Shown here: in pieces, positions 10,096-20,280 of the stretch
Layout: each line of letters starts with the position of its first letter
Numbering within the stretch: position 1 is the stretch's first letter
From: an uncultured Candidatus Entotheonella sp.
GTDB taxonomy: Bacteria; Tectomicrobia; Entotheonellia; Entotheonellales; Entotheonellaceae
Direction of reading: 5' to 3'
Assembly (NCBI GenBank): GCA_965217185.1
Contig: OZ244252.1
Span: 2,752,001 to 2,816,000, forward strand
DNA: 64,000 nucleotides
The notes under the pieces: generated by a model
Database searches by the model: none
Told to the model about the DNA's origin: nothing
What the model saw: only the letters and a program-made list of their open reading frames with translations
Made by a program: the position numbers and the translations under genes

Positions 10096-10674
10096 ATGAA
10101 ACCAATCGCGTTCCTTTTCAGCATCGTCCTGGCATTGACAACGACTGCCTGCATCGGTGGAGGAAGTCGCAGGATGCCTCTATCCGATGACACCCAAGAT
10201 GAAGGCCGGATACGGTTCGAACGCAACACGACCTACGGGGTCGAGGAGCACGCAGCCACCGTCACGCTCACGGCGGACTTTTCCGCCAACACCCTCAGCG
10301 GCTGTATCGGCTGTCAGGGAGATATCGCCATCCGGCGTTTACATCTGCATGACCTTCTGGGAGACGAGGTGCGGCAACTCGAGGCATTGCCTACGGACTA
10401 CGAGTTGCATCTCGGCACCGTAACCTTCAACCCGGATGGCACGTTCGAACTCCCGGACGTGACGGTCATGCATCCCGAGCGCACCATCACGCAATCGGAG
10501 GGTTTCTGGGGCGGCGGGTTCTCCAACACCCCCGACTCGGCGGGCAATCCTCGTCTGGTAGCGGGTTTCAGTGACGCCGAGTTTGAGGAAGCCGACGGCA
10601 GCCGCGGGTCTTTTTGGGGCATGTTCAACGGCTTGAGCACAACATGGTTAACCGGGGAGAGCCAGGAGCCTTGA
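10096..10674 (+). CDS. Putative lipoprotein, possibly with a TbpB/HupA-like beta-barrel
   Basis: GGAG RBS; lipoprotein-like signal MKPIAFLFSIVLALTTTAC; VTLTADF..NTLSG and W.GGF beta-strand pattern. Confidence 0.5.
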   Translation: MKPIAFLFSIVLALTTTACIGGGSRRMPLSDDTQDEGRIRFERNTTYGVEEHAATVTLTADFSANTLSGCIGCQGDIAIRRLHLHDLLGDEVRQLEALPTDYELHLGTVTFNPDGTFELPDVTVMHPERTITQSEGFWGGGFSNTPDSAGNPRLVAGFSDAEFEEADGSRGSFWGMFNGLSTTWLTGESQEP

Positions 10675-10748
10675 GGCGGGTCGGATTCCTGGCCTAAAAT
10701 CCTCCGCTGGTTCAAACAGATGAGCGGGTTAGCTGAGGAGTTGTCGAG

Positions 10749-11932
10749 ATAAACATACCTTCCGCTTATCAGGCCGGTTACGACAAGGTACGAGCCCTCA
10801 ATCCGCAACTCGCCACCAAATATGTCGGCCACCGGGTCATCGATGACCTCATGACCCGGTGGCCGATGCAGCCGTCGACGCTTTGGCCGCCTTCAGCCAG
10901 AAAGACTTCCACCGATTCATCCATGCCGGTATGGAGCGGGACGCCGGAACCCTCGCTATGGCTCCGCAGCCATTGCGGGATTTCTTCGACAGCATCGATG
11001 CCCCACCACCGTGGTTCGATCCGGAATCGGTCTACGCCGGTTGCCGCGCCTTCCATCAATACTCGGACTTGTTCATCCCTGCCTTCATTGTCTGCACCCT
11101 GCAAAACTTCGCCAGCTTGATGAGCAAGGTGTTTTACATGACCGGGCGCGTGACGACCCCACACGGCCTGCGGCGCATCCGGCAGAACACCCGGCATTTT
11201 ATCGAGATCATGCTGCCGGGCGCCCTTGAGCGCCAGGGGGATGGCTGGAAGCTGTCCGTACGCATCCGATTGGTGTACGCGAGGGTCCGACGGTTGTTGC
11301 GCGACTCCGGCAATTGGGACGAGGCGGTCTATGGCGTGCCGCTCAGCGCCGCGCACATGGGCCTTGCGGCGGCCAACTTTTCCGCCACGATGTTGCAGCA
11401 GGCCGAGCGGCTCGGAGCACAACTGGACCCCGAGGCACGGGCCAGCTTCATGCAGATATGGCGTTATGCCTCGTGGTTGGCCGGTACGCCCGACGCGCTT
11501 CTGTTCGAGGGCGATGAGGCCAAAACCACCGAGTTGTCGCGGGTCGCCGCCGTCTGCGAGCCGTTTCCTCCCGAAGAGGCGGCTGTCATCTCGAATGCGG
11601 TGATACATGCCTTGCCGCGGATCGCCAACCTGACCGATCCTGCCGCCCAGAAGGCCATGATCGACCAAGGATATCGCGTGGCGCGCGCCCTCCTCGGCGA
11701 CGAATTGTCCGACCGGCTCCAATTGCCCCGGCAACGGGTGGCGGGACTTCTGACGTGGATGCGGTGGAAACGGCGCTTCTATGGGCTATTCGGCCGGCTG
11801 GCGCCGCAGTTGTCCCAGAAGCGGCAAGCGAACCACTTTGTGTTGCTGCTTGACGCCTCGACCATCGAGGACTTCAGCTATAGCTATCGGCTGCCCGATC
11901 ACCTGGAGGCGACGAAGGCGAGCCCGCGGTAA
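10749..11932 (+). pseudogene. MpaB/DUF2236 (rubber oxygenase-like) heme oxygenase, 5'-damaged
   Basis: RRIRQNT..GWKLSVRIRLVYARVR..WDEAVYGVPLS..W...SWLAG. The N-terminus (IPSAYQAGYDK..VIDD) is out of frame due to an 8-bp insertion at about 10843-10856, and ATA sits where ATG is expected after GAGGAG. Confidence 0.75.
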
Positions 11933-12972
11933 ATCCCTCTGCTTCCACCATTCCCCCAGTTTTCGTGCTGAGCACCGGACGGTGCGGGTCGACCATGGTA
12001 TCGAACATCCTGAACCGGCATCCGCGTGTCCTCAGCCTCTCCGAGTTCTTCAGCTACATCGGCATGGTGCCATACCGCCGCCGCCGTCCAAGCGGTGCTC
12101 GGATGTGGCACATCTACAGCCGGCCGCGGCATCGAACCCGCATCATGTTGCACGGACGATATGAGGAGTTACTCTACCCGCTGGATGATCCGAACGCCCG
12201 ATTCCAACAGCAGCACGTGCCGCCCATTTTATGCGCCACGCTTCCGCATCTCACCGACCGGCATGAGGAACTGTTCGACGAGCTTGGGCCAGTGGCTGAG
12301 GGGCAGCCGAAGCAGCCGCCCGCCGCCCACTTCCAGTACCTTTTCGAGTGGTTGTGCGAACGGTTCGGGCGGGACGTCTGGGTCGAGCGCTCGGGCGGCT
12401 CCCTGATGTTCGGGGCCCGCCTGCTGCGCCAGTTTCCCAAGGCGCGGTGGTGCACGTGTACCGCGACGGGCGGGAGACGGCCATCTCCATGAGCCGCCAT
12501 TATCTCTTCCGCATGATCGTGGCGAGCATGCACATGTTTCGGTCGCGGGGGCATCGACCTCATGGAGTCGATGACCAGGGGGAGGCATTGGGATCGAATC
12601 ATCCCTTGGCTGGAGCCGCTGGTGAACGCGTTCGTCAAGCCCGACCGGCTGCCGTACGATGCGCTGACGCTGGCGGATTTCGGAACGTTCTGGAATGGCA
12701 TGATCATGAAGGTGGATCGACTGCTCGGCCATTTACCGATCGACTAGCTGCTGGACCTCAGGTTCGAGGACGTGCAGGCGGAGCCGGAGCGTCATATCCG
12801 GCGCCTCATCCGGTTCATTGACCCGGCGTTGGAAGACGAGGGTTGGCTGCGCGAGGTATGCGCCATTCCACGCCCGACATCCTCGAAGTTTGAACGGCTT
12901 GAAACCGCCGAGCGCGACGCGCTCACCGAGGTGTGCCGCCCGGGGCTCGAGCGCCTCGGCTACTCACTCTGA
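11929..12972 (+). pseudogene. Sulfotransferase, disrupted
   Basis: VFVLSTGRCGST (5'-PSB) and VHVYRDGRETAISM (3'-PB); frameshifts near 12446 and 12547-12551; in-frame TAG at 12745-12747. Confidence 0.85.
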
Positions 12973-13594
12973 AGGTGACGGCCATGCGACAGACCCGTTT
13001 GATGACGGCCTGCGCTCATGCACGGTGCACGGAAGGCCGTTCTTGCACCTGTAGATTTCCCATCGTGATCACTTCGGGGTGTTCCTCCGAGATAACCTCA
13101 ACCCGCCACCGCTGCGTGATGGCTGAGAGGGCGAGCCCCGTCTCCATCCTGGCGAACGTGGCGCCGATGCACGTCCGCAAACCGCTGCCAAACGGGACGT
13201 AGGCATGCCTCGGGTGCTGCGGCTGCCCGCTTCCCAACCAACGCTCCGGTTGAACTCGCCAGCCGCAGGGAAGTATTTTTCCTCCCTCTGAGGGATGCGC
13301 CAGCAGGGCTGCACAACCGTTCCCTTGGGGATGTGGCAACCGCCAAGCACTTAATCCTCGCTGGCTGTTCGGCCCACAATATACGTTGGCGGCGCAACCC
13401 GGTGCGCTTCGTCGAACATAGCGCGCGTATTGGGCAACCGATCACAGTCTTCCATGGTTGGAGGCCGCCCGCCGAGAACCTTATCCATCTCGGCTTCAAG
13501 CCGGGCTCGCACCGCCGGGCTGCGGCTGAGATAGTAAAAGCACCACGTCAACGCATTGGCCGACGTTTCTTGGCCGGCCAAAAGCATGTCATAC

Positions 13595-15081
13595 GAGCCA
13601 CTTGCAAAACCCTAACGGAACGTCGAGAGCGAAGTTTTCGGATTTGATATTTGGGGATGTTTCGACACCGGATACGTTGTCAGGGCATCTGCAGCACTTC
13701 TCAGCGGCCACAATCCAGCGACAATGAGGTTTCCTTGACGGTGTATGAGCAAACCTGTCCGGTGTGGCCCTGCCGAGACAGGACGCCTGCAAGAGGTGAG
13801 GGGTGGAAGCAAGTTGGTTTCAGTTCAACAGGCGCATCAACTGCGACACCGCCAGCGCCACAATGCCGAACATCAGGTGGCGCAGCACCTTGGCGCGACC
13901 TCGCACGCGGACTTGGCGAGCGCCGAACTCGTCCTTGAGACGACCCTTGACACGCTCGACGGTGCTGCGCTCACGGTAGCGTAACTGCTCGGCGTAGACG
14001 TGGCCGACGGTACGTTGCGCCCGCGCCGCGGTCTTGCGTTCCAGCTTACGCGAAGCACTGCGGGGATTGGCGTCGATGATTGCAACATGCCCCAGCGACT
14101 CACGGTGCGCTCTGATCTCGGGCGCGTCATAAGCCGAGTCCATCAGGTCATAGAGGTTGGTGACTCGTGCGGCCGTCAGGGTCGCCAGGGGAATCGCCAC
14201 TTGGCTGTCATGCAACGAGGCCGAGGTCAGGATGCAACTGAGTGGAACGCCGCCATCGGCTGCGTCGATATGCAACTTGTAGCCGCTCCATGATTCCTGA
14301 TGTCCCTTGGCGTCCCGCTTGACGCCAACATCACAGGTGCGTGGCAGGTCGGCGAGCCTCTCCGGCAGGATCATGTTGGACTGGCGCGCCAGCCTTCGGG
14401 GCGCCTTGTCCAGTCGTTGTTCAGCCTTGCGCGGTCGCCCGCGGCGGCGTTTCGGCGTAGCCGCTTGGTGCGGCTTCGGGGCTGGCTTCTCGCGCCCCAA
14501 GATCGCCGTCGAATCGCGTGAGACGTGGCCGACCAGATGACCCTGCAGGGTCTTGTCGATCAGCGCCTCGTGCAGGCGGCTTGGCAAGGCGCTGTCAGCG
14601 AAGTCGCTGAAGGCCCGCGAGAAGGTCGCCGCGCTGGGGACCGCCGCGCCCTGGCTCCAGCCGCACAGGCGACGCAGCGGCCGGTCGATGACAAGGCGCT
14701 CAACGAGCGCGCGGGTGGTCGAGATGGCGAACACCGCCTTGGCGCTAAAGGCTCGTGCCAGCGCCGCACGATCCGCCTGCGGGCGCCCCGGCAAGCCACG
14801 CCAGCACGTCAGGAATGGCTCAACCGGCACGAACCCGAGCACCGTGACGAATAACTCGTAGCGCTCGCCCAAGGGACCGAGTTCTTCTTCGAGCGTGGGG
14901 AAAAGCTCTCGTTGCAAGGCGAAGCCGTAATTCGATAGGATCGTACGCAGGGACATGGCCGTTTTCTCCTTCACGTGGTGGTCGCACAATACATGACATG
15001 AAGCAAAGACAGCCTGTCCCGTTTAAGTCAACCTCTTACCCTCAATAATCCCCGACGACTCCACAGTTTTGCAAAAGGCTC
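13595..15081 (-). mobile_element. Insertion sequence (DDE; IS1182/IS5-like), complete
   Basis: Terminal IRs GAGCCACTTGCAAAAC (13595-13610) and GTTTTGCAAAAGGCTC (15066-15081); 4-bp TSD ATAC at 13591-13594 and 15082-15085. Confidence 0.92.
13820..14956 (-). CDS. DDE transposase
   Basis: PS.ATFSRAF, SRDSTAI, GYKLHID, LMDSAYD and Y..RSTVERV.GRLK. Confidence 0.92.
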   Translation of the reverse strand: MSLRTILSNYGFALQRELFPTLEEELGPLGERYELFVTVLGFVPVEPFLTCWRGLPGRPQADRAALARAFSAKAVFAISTTRALVERLVIDRPLRRLCGWSQGAAVPSAATFSRAFSDFADSALPSRLHEALIDKTLQGHLVGHVSRDSTAILGREKPAPKPHQAATPKRRRGRPRKAEQRLDKAPRRLARQSNMILPERLADLPRTCDVGVKRDAKGHQESWSGYKLHIDAADGGVPLSCILTSASLHDSQVAIPLATLTAARVTNLYDLMDSAYDAPEIRAHRESLGHVAIIDANPRSASRKLERKTAARAQRTVGHVYAEQLRYRERSTVERVKGRLKDEFGARQVRVRGRAKVLRHLMFGIVALAVSQLMRLLN

Positions 15082-15155
15082 ATACGATTCGTCTCTGACC
15101 TCCTCGTCGCTCAAGGCGCGATCAATACCTCTTAGGCAAATCTCAAACTCCTCGA

Positions 15156-15512
15156 CTATGCCCTTTGAAACTGCTGGCGAAGCACCTCAACGCGCGCCCG
15201 GTTAGCGCCGAAGTCGTAGTAGCCGAGCCGCGACGCGGAACGCACGTGGATTACGCCGTCCACGCGGTACAGACAGCACTTAAGGTCATCGGCAAACCCG
15301 AGTCGGGTCCGGCACACCGCATGGACGTACTCGTCCGTTGAAGTGGCGATGGCGGTGCGCGACATACCGGCCAACAGGTTCTTCAGCCGGGCGAAGGCGG
15401 CCTCGGGATCCCCTGACACGGCGAATGGCTCGACGCGGTGACGAACCGGGGCGTCGTCCCGGCTGCAGACACAATTGGGACGATTTCCACAGGGCGCGAG
15501 TTGGTCACACAT
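15156..15512 (-). CDS. DUF1499 family protein
   Basis: LAPC..RPNCVCS, GFADD and IHVRSASRLGYYDFGANRARVE. Confidence 0.85.
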   Translation of the reverse strand: MCDQLAPCGNRPNCVCSRDDAPVRHRVEPFAVSGDPEAAFARLKNLLAGMSRTAIATSTDEYVHAVCRTRLGFADDLKCCLYRVDGVIHVRSASRLGYYDFGANRARVEVLRQQFQRA

Positions 15513-15583
15513 GATCTTCACCCGCTCATGAAGGTTTTCTTGCGCCCCACCGGGTTTTACCTCACTCCCTATAGACTCAGGAC

Positions 15584-15901
15584 TCAGGGATGCGGCCCCC
15601 AAGGCGAGGCGAACAGGAGCTTGTTCTCCTGCGTCAGGATCATGGGACGCAGCTTGCCGGCGAAGGCCATGAAATCCGTGTCAGCGAATACCGCAGCCCA
15701 GTGCTGCCGCCGGTCGGCGTCGTCCTCGAATTTCCACAGATGAACCAGCTGGTTCATCGCGCCGATGTCGCCGGTGAAGTACCCGACAAGCTTGTCTTCG
15801 TACTTCTGAAGCGCCGGCCATCCCTCCGAGTGGTATAGCGACACGGCCTCGCCCAGCCTGCCAACGTGAAAGGTGTACGTACGCAATTCATAAAGCGCCA
15901 C
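15584..15901 (-). CDS. NIPSNAP family protein
   Basis: LYELRTY..G..NQLVHLW..R; GTG start after GGAG. Confidence 0.88.
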   Translation of the reverse strand: MALYELRTYTFHVGRLGEAVSLYHSEGWPALQKYEDKLVGYFTGDIGAMNQLVHLWKFEDDADRRQHWAAVFADTDFMAFAGKLRPMILTQENKLLFASPWGPHP

Positions 15902-16134
15902 GGTGTTCTCCCAACCGAGTTGAATAATAGGGGTTACGCATCGTGAGATGCCCGCGCACAGCATAAACGAAAGCCCCCGCCGATTCTACGCCGTCCCCTG
16001 CCCTTGTTGCCGACCCCACGCGGACCTATACTTGCCGGACGCCTGGGCAACCGGGTGCAAACACCCGATGAAACAAGCAACCCGCCGCCGCGTGCCCGAG
16101 CGCTCGGGCACGATGGTTCCCAGCAGGATTCAGC

Positions 16135-18399
16135 ATGCAGAATGGTTCAACGCCCGTTGTCAAAGATTTGGTCCTGCTTGGGGGCGGTCACAGCCACGTC
16201 ACGGTTCTCAAACAGTTCGGCATGCGGCCGGTGCCCGGCGTTCGCCTCACGCTCATCTGCCGCGACGTCCACACCCCTTATTCGGGCATGCTGCCGGGCT
16301 TTGTCGCCGGCCATTACGACTACGACGGCATTCATATCGACCTGGGGCCGCTGGCGCGTTTTGCCGGCGCCCGGTTGTACCATGACGAGGTGACTGGCCT
16401 TGATCCGGTCAACCGGCGTATCCGCTGCGGCAATCGGCCGGACGTGTCCTACGACGTGCTGTCGATCAATACCGGCTCCACGCCCGACTTCTCGCAGGTG
16501 CCGGGTGCAGACAAGTTCGTGGTGCCGGTGAAGCCCATCAATAATTTCCTGTCCCGCTGGGAGCGCTTGGTGCACCGCGTGCTGGCGGCCCGCGGCGTGG
16601 CGCGCATCGGCGTTGTCGGCGCCGGTGCCGGCGGCGTCGAACTGACGCTGGCCATGCAGTGCCGCCTGGAGCAATTGTGCCGGGAAGCCGGATACCAAGC
16701 ACAACTGACCTTTCACCTCTTCAGCCGCACCGACTCCATCCTGCCAACGCACAACCAACGGGTACAGACGACGTTTCAGCGGCTTTTGGCCGAACGCGGC
16801 GTACACCTCCACGCGCCACGCCGTGTGGCCCGGTTGTGGGAAAACGGCCTCGGCTGTGAGGACGGCAGCGCACATGAACTCGAAGAAATACTCTGGGTGA
16901 CTAACGCCGCGGCGCCGTGCTGGCCGGCAGACGCCGGGCTTGCGGTGGATGCGCATGGCTTCATCCGCCTCAACGACGCTTTGCAATCGGTGTCGCACAC
17001 CGACATCTTTGCCGCCGGCGACGTAGCCACGGTGGAGACCCACCCACGCGAAAAGGCCGGGGTGTTTGCGGTACGCCAGGGCCCGCCGCTCGCCCGCAAT
17101 CTGCGCCGCGTCTTGCTGGGGCAGCCGCCGCAACCCTTTGCGCCTCAGAAGCAGTGGCTCAGTCTCATCAGCACGGGCGACAAATACGCCGTGGCGTCGC
17201 GCGGCAGGTGGTCTCTGAAAGGCCGTTTGATCTGGCGCTGGAAGGACTGGATCGACCGTCGCTTCATGGACAAGTTCAACGTGCTGCCGGAGATGCGAGA
17301 GACACCTGCCGTCGATCTGACGCCGGGACTGGCGGACGCCGACGTGATGCGGGAAATCTCTGCTATGGCCATGCGCTGCGGCGGCTGCGGGGCCAAAGTT
17401 GGCGCGACGACTCTCGACCGTGCCCTGGCACAATTGCAGCCGTTGCAGCGCGACGATGTCGTCGTCGGCCTGAACCACCCCGATGATGCCGCAGTGGTCG
17501 AGGTGCCGTCCCAGAAAGTGATGGTGCACACCGTCGATTTCTTCCGCGCCCTCGTCGACGACCCTTACGTCTTCGGCAAAATCGCTGCCCAGCACAGCTT
17601 GGGGGATATCTTCGCCATGGGTGCCGAGGGCCAGACGGCCCTGGCCATTGCCACCGTTCCCTACGGCCTCGAACAGAAAACCGAGGACACCCTGTCACAG
17701 ATGCTGCAAGGCGCGGAGGTAGTGCTGCACGACGCCGGGGTGGCGCTGGTCGGCGGGCACACCAGTGAAGGCGCCGAATTGTCGTTGGGCTTCGCCATCA
17801 ATGGTCTTGCCGAACGGGCCAGTCTGCTACGCAAGGGCGGTATGCAGCCCGGCGACCGCCTCATCCTCACCAAGCCTTTGGGCACCGGCACGCTCTTCGC
17901 CGCTGATATGCGGCTCAAGGCCAAGGGCCGCTGGGTCAGCGCTGCCTTAGCGTCGATGCTGCTGTCGAGCCGCGCGGCGGCGGCATGCCTGAGGCGATAT
18001 GGCGTCACGGCCTGTACTGACGTGACCGGCTTTGGCCTCCTCGGCCATCTCGTCGAAATGACCCGCGCTTCACAAGTCGGCGCCTGCCTCGAGTTGAGTA
18101 AATTGCCCGTTCTCGACGGTGCCGAGGAGACCGTTGCAGCGGGGATTTTCAGTACCCTGCAGCCGCAGAACGTGCGTCTGCGCCGCGCCATTCGCGACCT
18201 CGATTCCGCTGCGCAGGCGCTCCGCTACCCGTTGCTTTTCGATCCCCAGACCGCCGGCGGTCTGTTGGCCAGTGTCCCGGCGGACCAAGCTACCGCGTGT
18301 CTTGCCGAGTTGCAGGCGCTAGGATACGAGCACGCGGCGATCATCGGTACGGTTGAGCAACATCCCGATCACCTGGAACCTATTGCGTTGAAGACCTGA
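16135..18399 (+). CDS. selD: Selenophosphate synthetase fused to an N-terminal FAD/NADH-dehydrogenase-like domain
   Basis: N-term LLGGGHSH, PYSGMLPG, GAGAGG, FAAGD; C-term MRCGGCGAKV, DDAA, TVDFF, GGHT, TKPLGTG, TDVTGFGLLGHL and DPQTAGGLL. Confidence 0.93.
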   Translation: MQNGSTPVVKDLVLLGGGHSHVTVLKQFGMRPVPGVRLTLICRDVHTPYSGMLPGFVAGHYDYDGIHIDLGPLARFAGARLYHDEVTGLDPVNRRIRCGNRPDVSYDVLSINTGSTPDFSQVPGADKFVVPVKPINNFLSRWERLVHRVLAARGVARIGVVGAGAGGVELTLAMQCRLEQLCREAGYQAQLTFHLFSRTDSILPTHNQRVQTTFQRLLAERGVHLHAPRRVARLWENGLGCEDGSAHELEEILWVTNAAAPCWPADAGLAVDAHGFIRLNDALQSVSHTDIFAAGDVATVETHPREKAGVFAVRQGPPLARNLRRVLLGQPPQPFAPQKQWLSLISTGDKYAVASRGRWSLKGRLIWRWKDWIDRRFMDKFNVLPEMRETPAVDLTPGLADADVMREISAMAMRCGGCGAKVGATTLDRALAQLQPLQRDDVVVGLNHPDDAAVVEVPSQKVMVHTVDFFRALVDDPYVFGKIAAQHSLGDIFAMGAEGQTALAIATVPYGLEQKTEDTLSQMLQGAEVVLHDAGVALVGGHTSEGAELSLGFAINGLAERASLLRKGGMQPGDRLILTKPLGTGTLFAADMRLKAKGRWVSAALASMLLSSRAAAACLRRYGVTACTDVTGFGLLGHLVEMTRASQVGACLELSKLPVLDGAEETVAAGIFSTLQPQNVRLRRAIRDLDSAAQALRYPLLFDPQTAGGLLASVPADQATACLAELQALGYEHAAIIGTVEQHPDHLEPIALKT

Positions 18400-18492
18400 A
18401 TGGTAGACCATAATCCACATCACTCCGATTCATCCACTGCGGCTTGGCCGCGGCGCGGCCAAGCCCTGGTTGGACAACATAGGAGAGGAGTT

Positions 18493-20190
18493 ATGTATCG
18501 AATCATCGCGATTGTGTTGCTGCTGGCCGTTAAGTCAGCGAGTGCGGTGGATTTCTGGGCTGGTTCTACGTATTACTTGAGGGGCGACTTTACGGCCGCC
18601 CTGCGGGAGTGGCGCCCGCTGGCCGAGGAAGGGGACGCCCAGGCACAGTATTACCTGGGCATCATGTACACCAACGGTGAAGGAGTGCCCGAGGACGACC
18701 GCCAGGCCGTTTACTGGTTCCAGAAATCGGCAAGGCAAGGGAATTCCCAGTCGCAGTATCACCTGGGTACCCTATACGCCAACGGTACGGGAGTTCCCGA
18801 GGACGACCCCCAAGCCGTGAACTGGTTTCGGAAATCGGCCGAGCAAGGGGACGCCCGGGCGCAGTTTAACCTGGGGGTGATGTACGAATTCGGCGAGGGG
18901 GTTCCTGAGGACGACCGCCAAGCCGTGAACTGGTACCGTCAGGCAGCCGAGCAAGGACACGCCCGGGCGCAGTTCGGCCTGGGACTGATGTACGCGGACG
19001 GTGCCGGAGTTCCCCGAGACAACGTTCGAGCTTACGCGTGGTTCAATCTCGCCGCTGGGAGAGGTGATGAGCGGGTCCAGCAACTGGCCAAAAAACGGAA
19101 GACAACGCTCCGTGAAGAGATGACCCCCACCCAGATTATCGAGGCTCAGCTTCTCAGCGGCGTGATCGCAGACCATATCGACCGTGCTGCGGGGATTGAC
19201 CGTCCCCAGCCAGTCCCGCCCTCCAGCCTGGCGCAACCGAATGACGCACAGGTTCAAGCGCCTAGCGCCCCTGCACCCGCCGTTAGCCCGCTGCAGGATA
19301 CCGTACGTCAATCACAAATTTATCTTGCGGCTCTCGGCTTTGACCCGGGTCCGGCGGACGGCCTGATTGGCAAGCGTACCCGGACTGCAGTGCAGCATTT
19401 TCAGCGCCGGGCCGGGCTCACGCCGACCGGCCGGATAACGGATGAGCTTCTGCGGCTGCTTCAGGCCGCGGTCACGCAGGGGCAGGAGAGACAGGCTGCC
19501 GAAGTGCCGGCCAGGCCCGAAACAACCGGCTCCGGGAGTGGTTTTGTGGTCAGCCGCACCGGTGAGATTTTGACCAGCCACCACGCCGTCGAAAGGTGCG
19601 CCACCGGTGCGACGATTACGTTTGGGGACATCTCCCGTCACGCCATGGTTCAGGCGCAGGACACCGAGAACGATTTGGCCCTGCTTGTGGTGCCTTCCGA
19701 AGAGTCCTGTGCGTGGTGGAGCCCGACCTGCTCGGCCGTGTTCGACAGGCCGGCGTCATTCAGCGAGTTGCCCCGCGCCAGTCTAGGTGCGGAGGTCGCG
19801 GTGGCGGGATATCCCCTGAAGGGATTGCTGGCGCCAACCCTTAACGTCACACGGGGAAACGTCAGTTCTCTGACTGGTCTCGGCAACGAGGCGAAGTGGT
19901 TGCAGATCAGCGCGCCGGTTCAGAGCGGCAACAGCGGCGGTCCGGTGCTGGATAACGCCGGGAACGTTATCGGCGTTGTGACGGCGAAACTCAACGCCGT
20001 CCGCACAGCGCAGGAAACCGGCGACGTTCCTCAGAACGTCAACTTTGCCCTCAAAGGCGCCATCGTACGCAGCTTCCTCGAAATCCACGGCATCGAATAC
20101 AGCCGCCAACCGTCCGACGAGGCACTCACGCCAGAGGACTTGGCGACACTGGCGCACGGCTTTACCGTGGCAGTCACCTGCCAGGAGTAG
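18493..20190 (+). CDS. Secreted Sel1-repeat + peptidoglycan-binding + trypsin-like serine protease
   Basis: Signal peptide; about 4 Sel1 repeats (AQ..LG.MY..G.GVPED..QA..W...AEQG); LGFDPGPADGLIG.RT..AV..FQ; SGSGF, TSHH, NDLALL and GNSGGP. Confidence 0.9.
   Translation: MYRIIAIVLLLAVKSASAVDFWAGSTYYLRGDFTAALREWRPLAEEGDAQAQYYLGIMYTNGEGVPEDDRQAVYWFQKSARQGNSQSQYHLGTLYANGTGVPEDDPQAVNWFRKSAEQGDARAQFNLGVMYEFGEGVPEDDRQAVNWYRQAAEQGHARAQFGLGLMYADGAGVPRDNVRAYAWFNLAAGRGDERVQQLAKKRKTTLREEMTPTQIIEAQLLSGVIADHIDRAAGIDRPQPVPPSSLAQPNDAQVQAPSAPAPAVSPLQDTVRQSQIYLAALGFDPGPADGLIGKRTRTAVQHFQRRAGLTPTGRITDELLRLLQAAVTQGQERQAAEVPARPETTGSGSGFVVSRTGEILTSHHAVERCATGATITFGDISRHAMVQAQDTENDLALLVVPSEESCAWWSPTCSAVFDRPASFSELPRASLGAEVAVAGYPLKGLLAPTLNVTRGNVSSLTGLGNEAKWLQISAPVQSGNSGGPVLDNAGNVIGVVTAKLNAVRTAQETGDVPQNVNFALKGAIVRSFLEIHGIEYSRQPSDEALTPEDLATLAHGFTVAVTCQE
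18610..19060 (+). repeat. 108-bp intragenic tandem repeats encoding Sel1 units
   Basis: Near-identical GGxGTxCCxGAGGACGACCxCCAxGCCGT..ACTGGT blocks at about 18682, 18790 and 18898. Confidence 0.8.
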
Positions 20191-20205
20191 CCGAGGCCCG
20201 CCAAA

Positions 20206-20252
20206 AAAAGAGCCGTATGCAGGGAATGATTCCCGCTGCATACGGCTCTTTT
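20206..20252. terminator. Bidirectional intrinsic terminator
   Basis: Perfect inverted repeat AAAAGAGCCGTATGCAG ... CTGCATACGGCTCTTTT between convergent genes. Confidence 0.85.
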
Positions 20253-20280
20253 GCCTTCACGCCTTGGGCGTTACGTCGTT

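Larger units (their letters stand above)
12964..15131 (-). pseudogene. Cytochrome P450, C-terminal half only, IS-interrupted
   Basis: LSDEEVRDESY|DMLLAGQETS (I-helix split by the IS), EAHR (ExxR), PERW and FGSGLRTCIG; TAA at 13351-13353; frameshifts near 13250 and 13057. Confidence 0.9.

Noticed and set aside
12745..13353. In-frame stops in the sulfotransferase (TAG) and P450 (TAA) as recoding
   Set aside because: They are not TGA, are not at Cys motifs, and the genes carry other clear lesions. No pyl genes are in the window.
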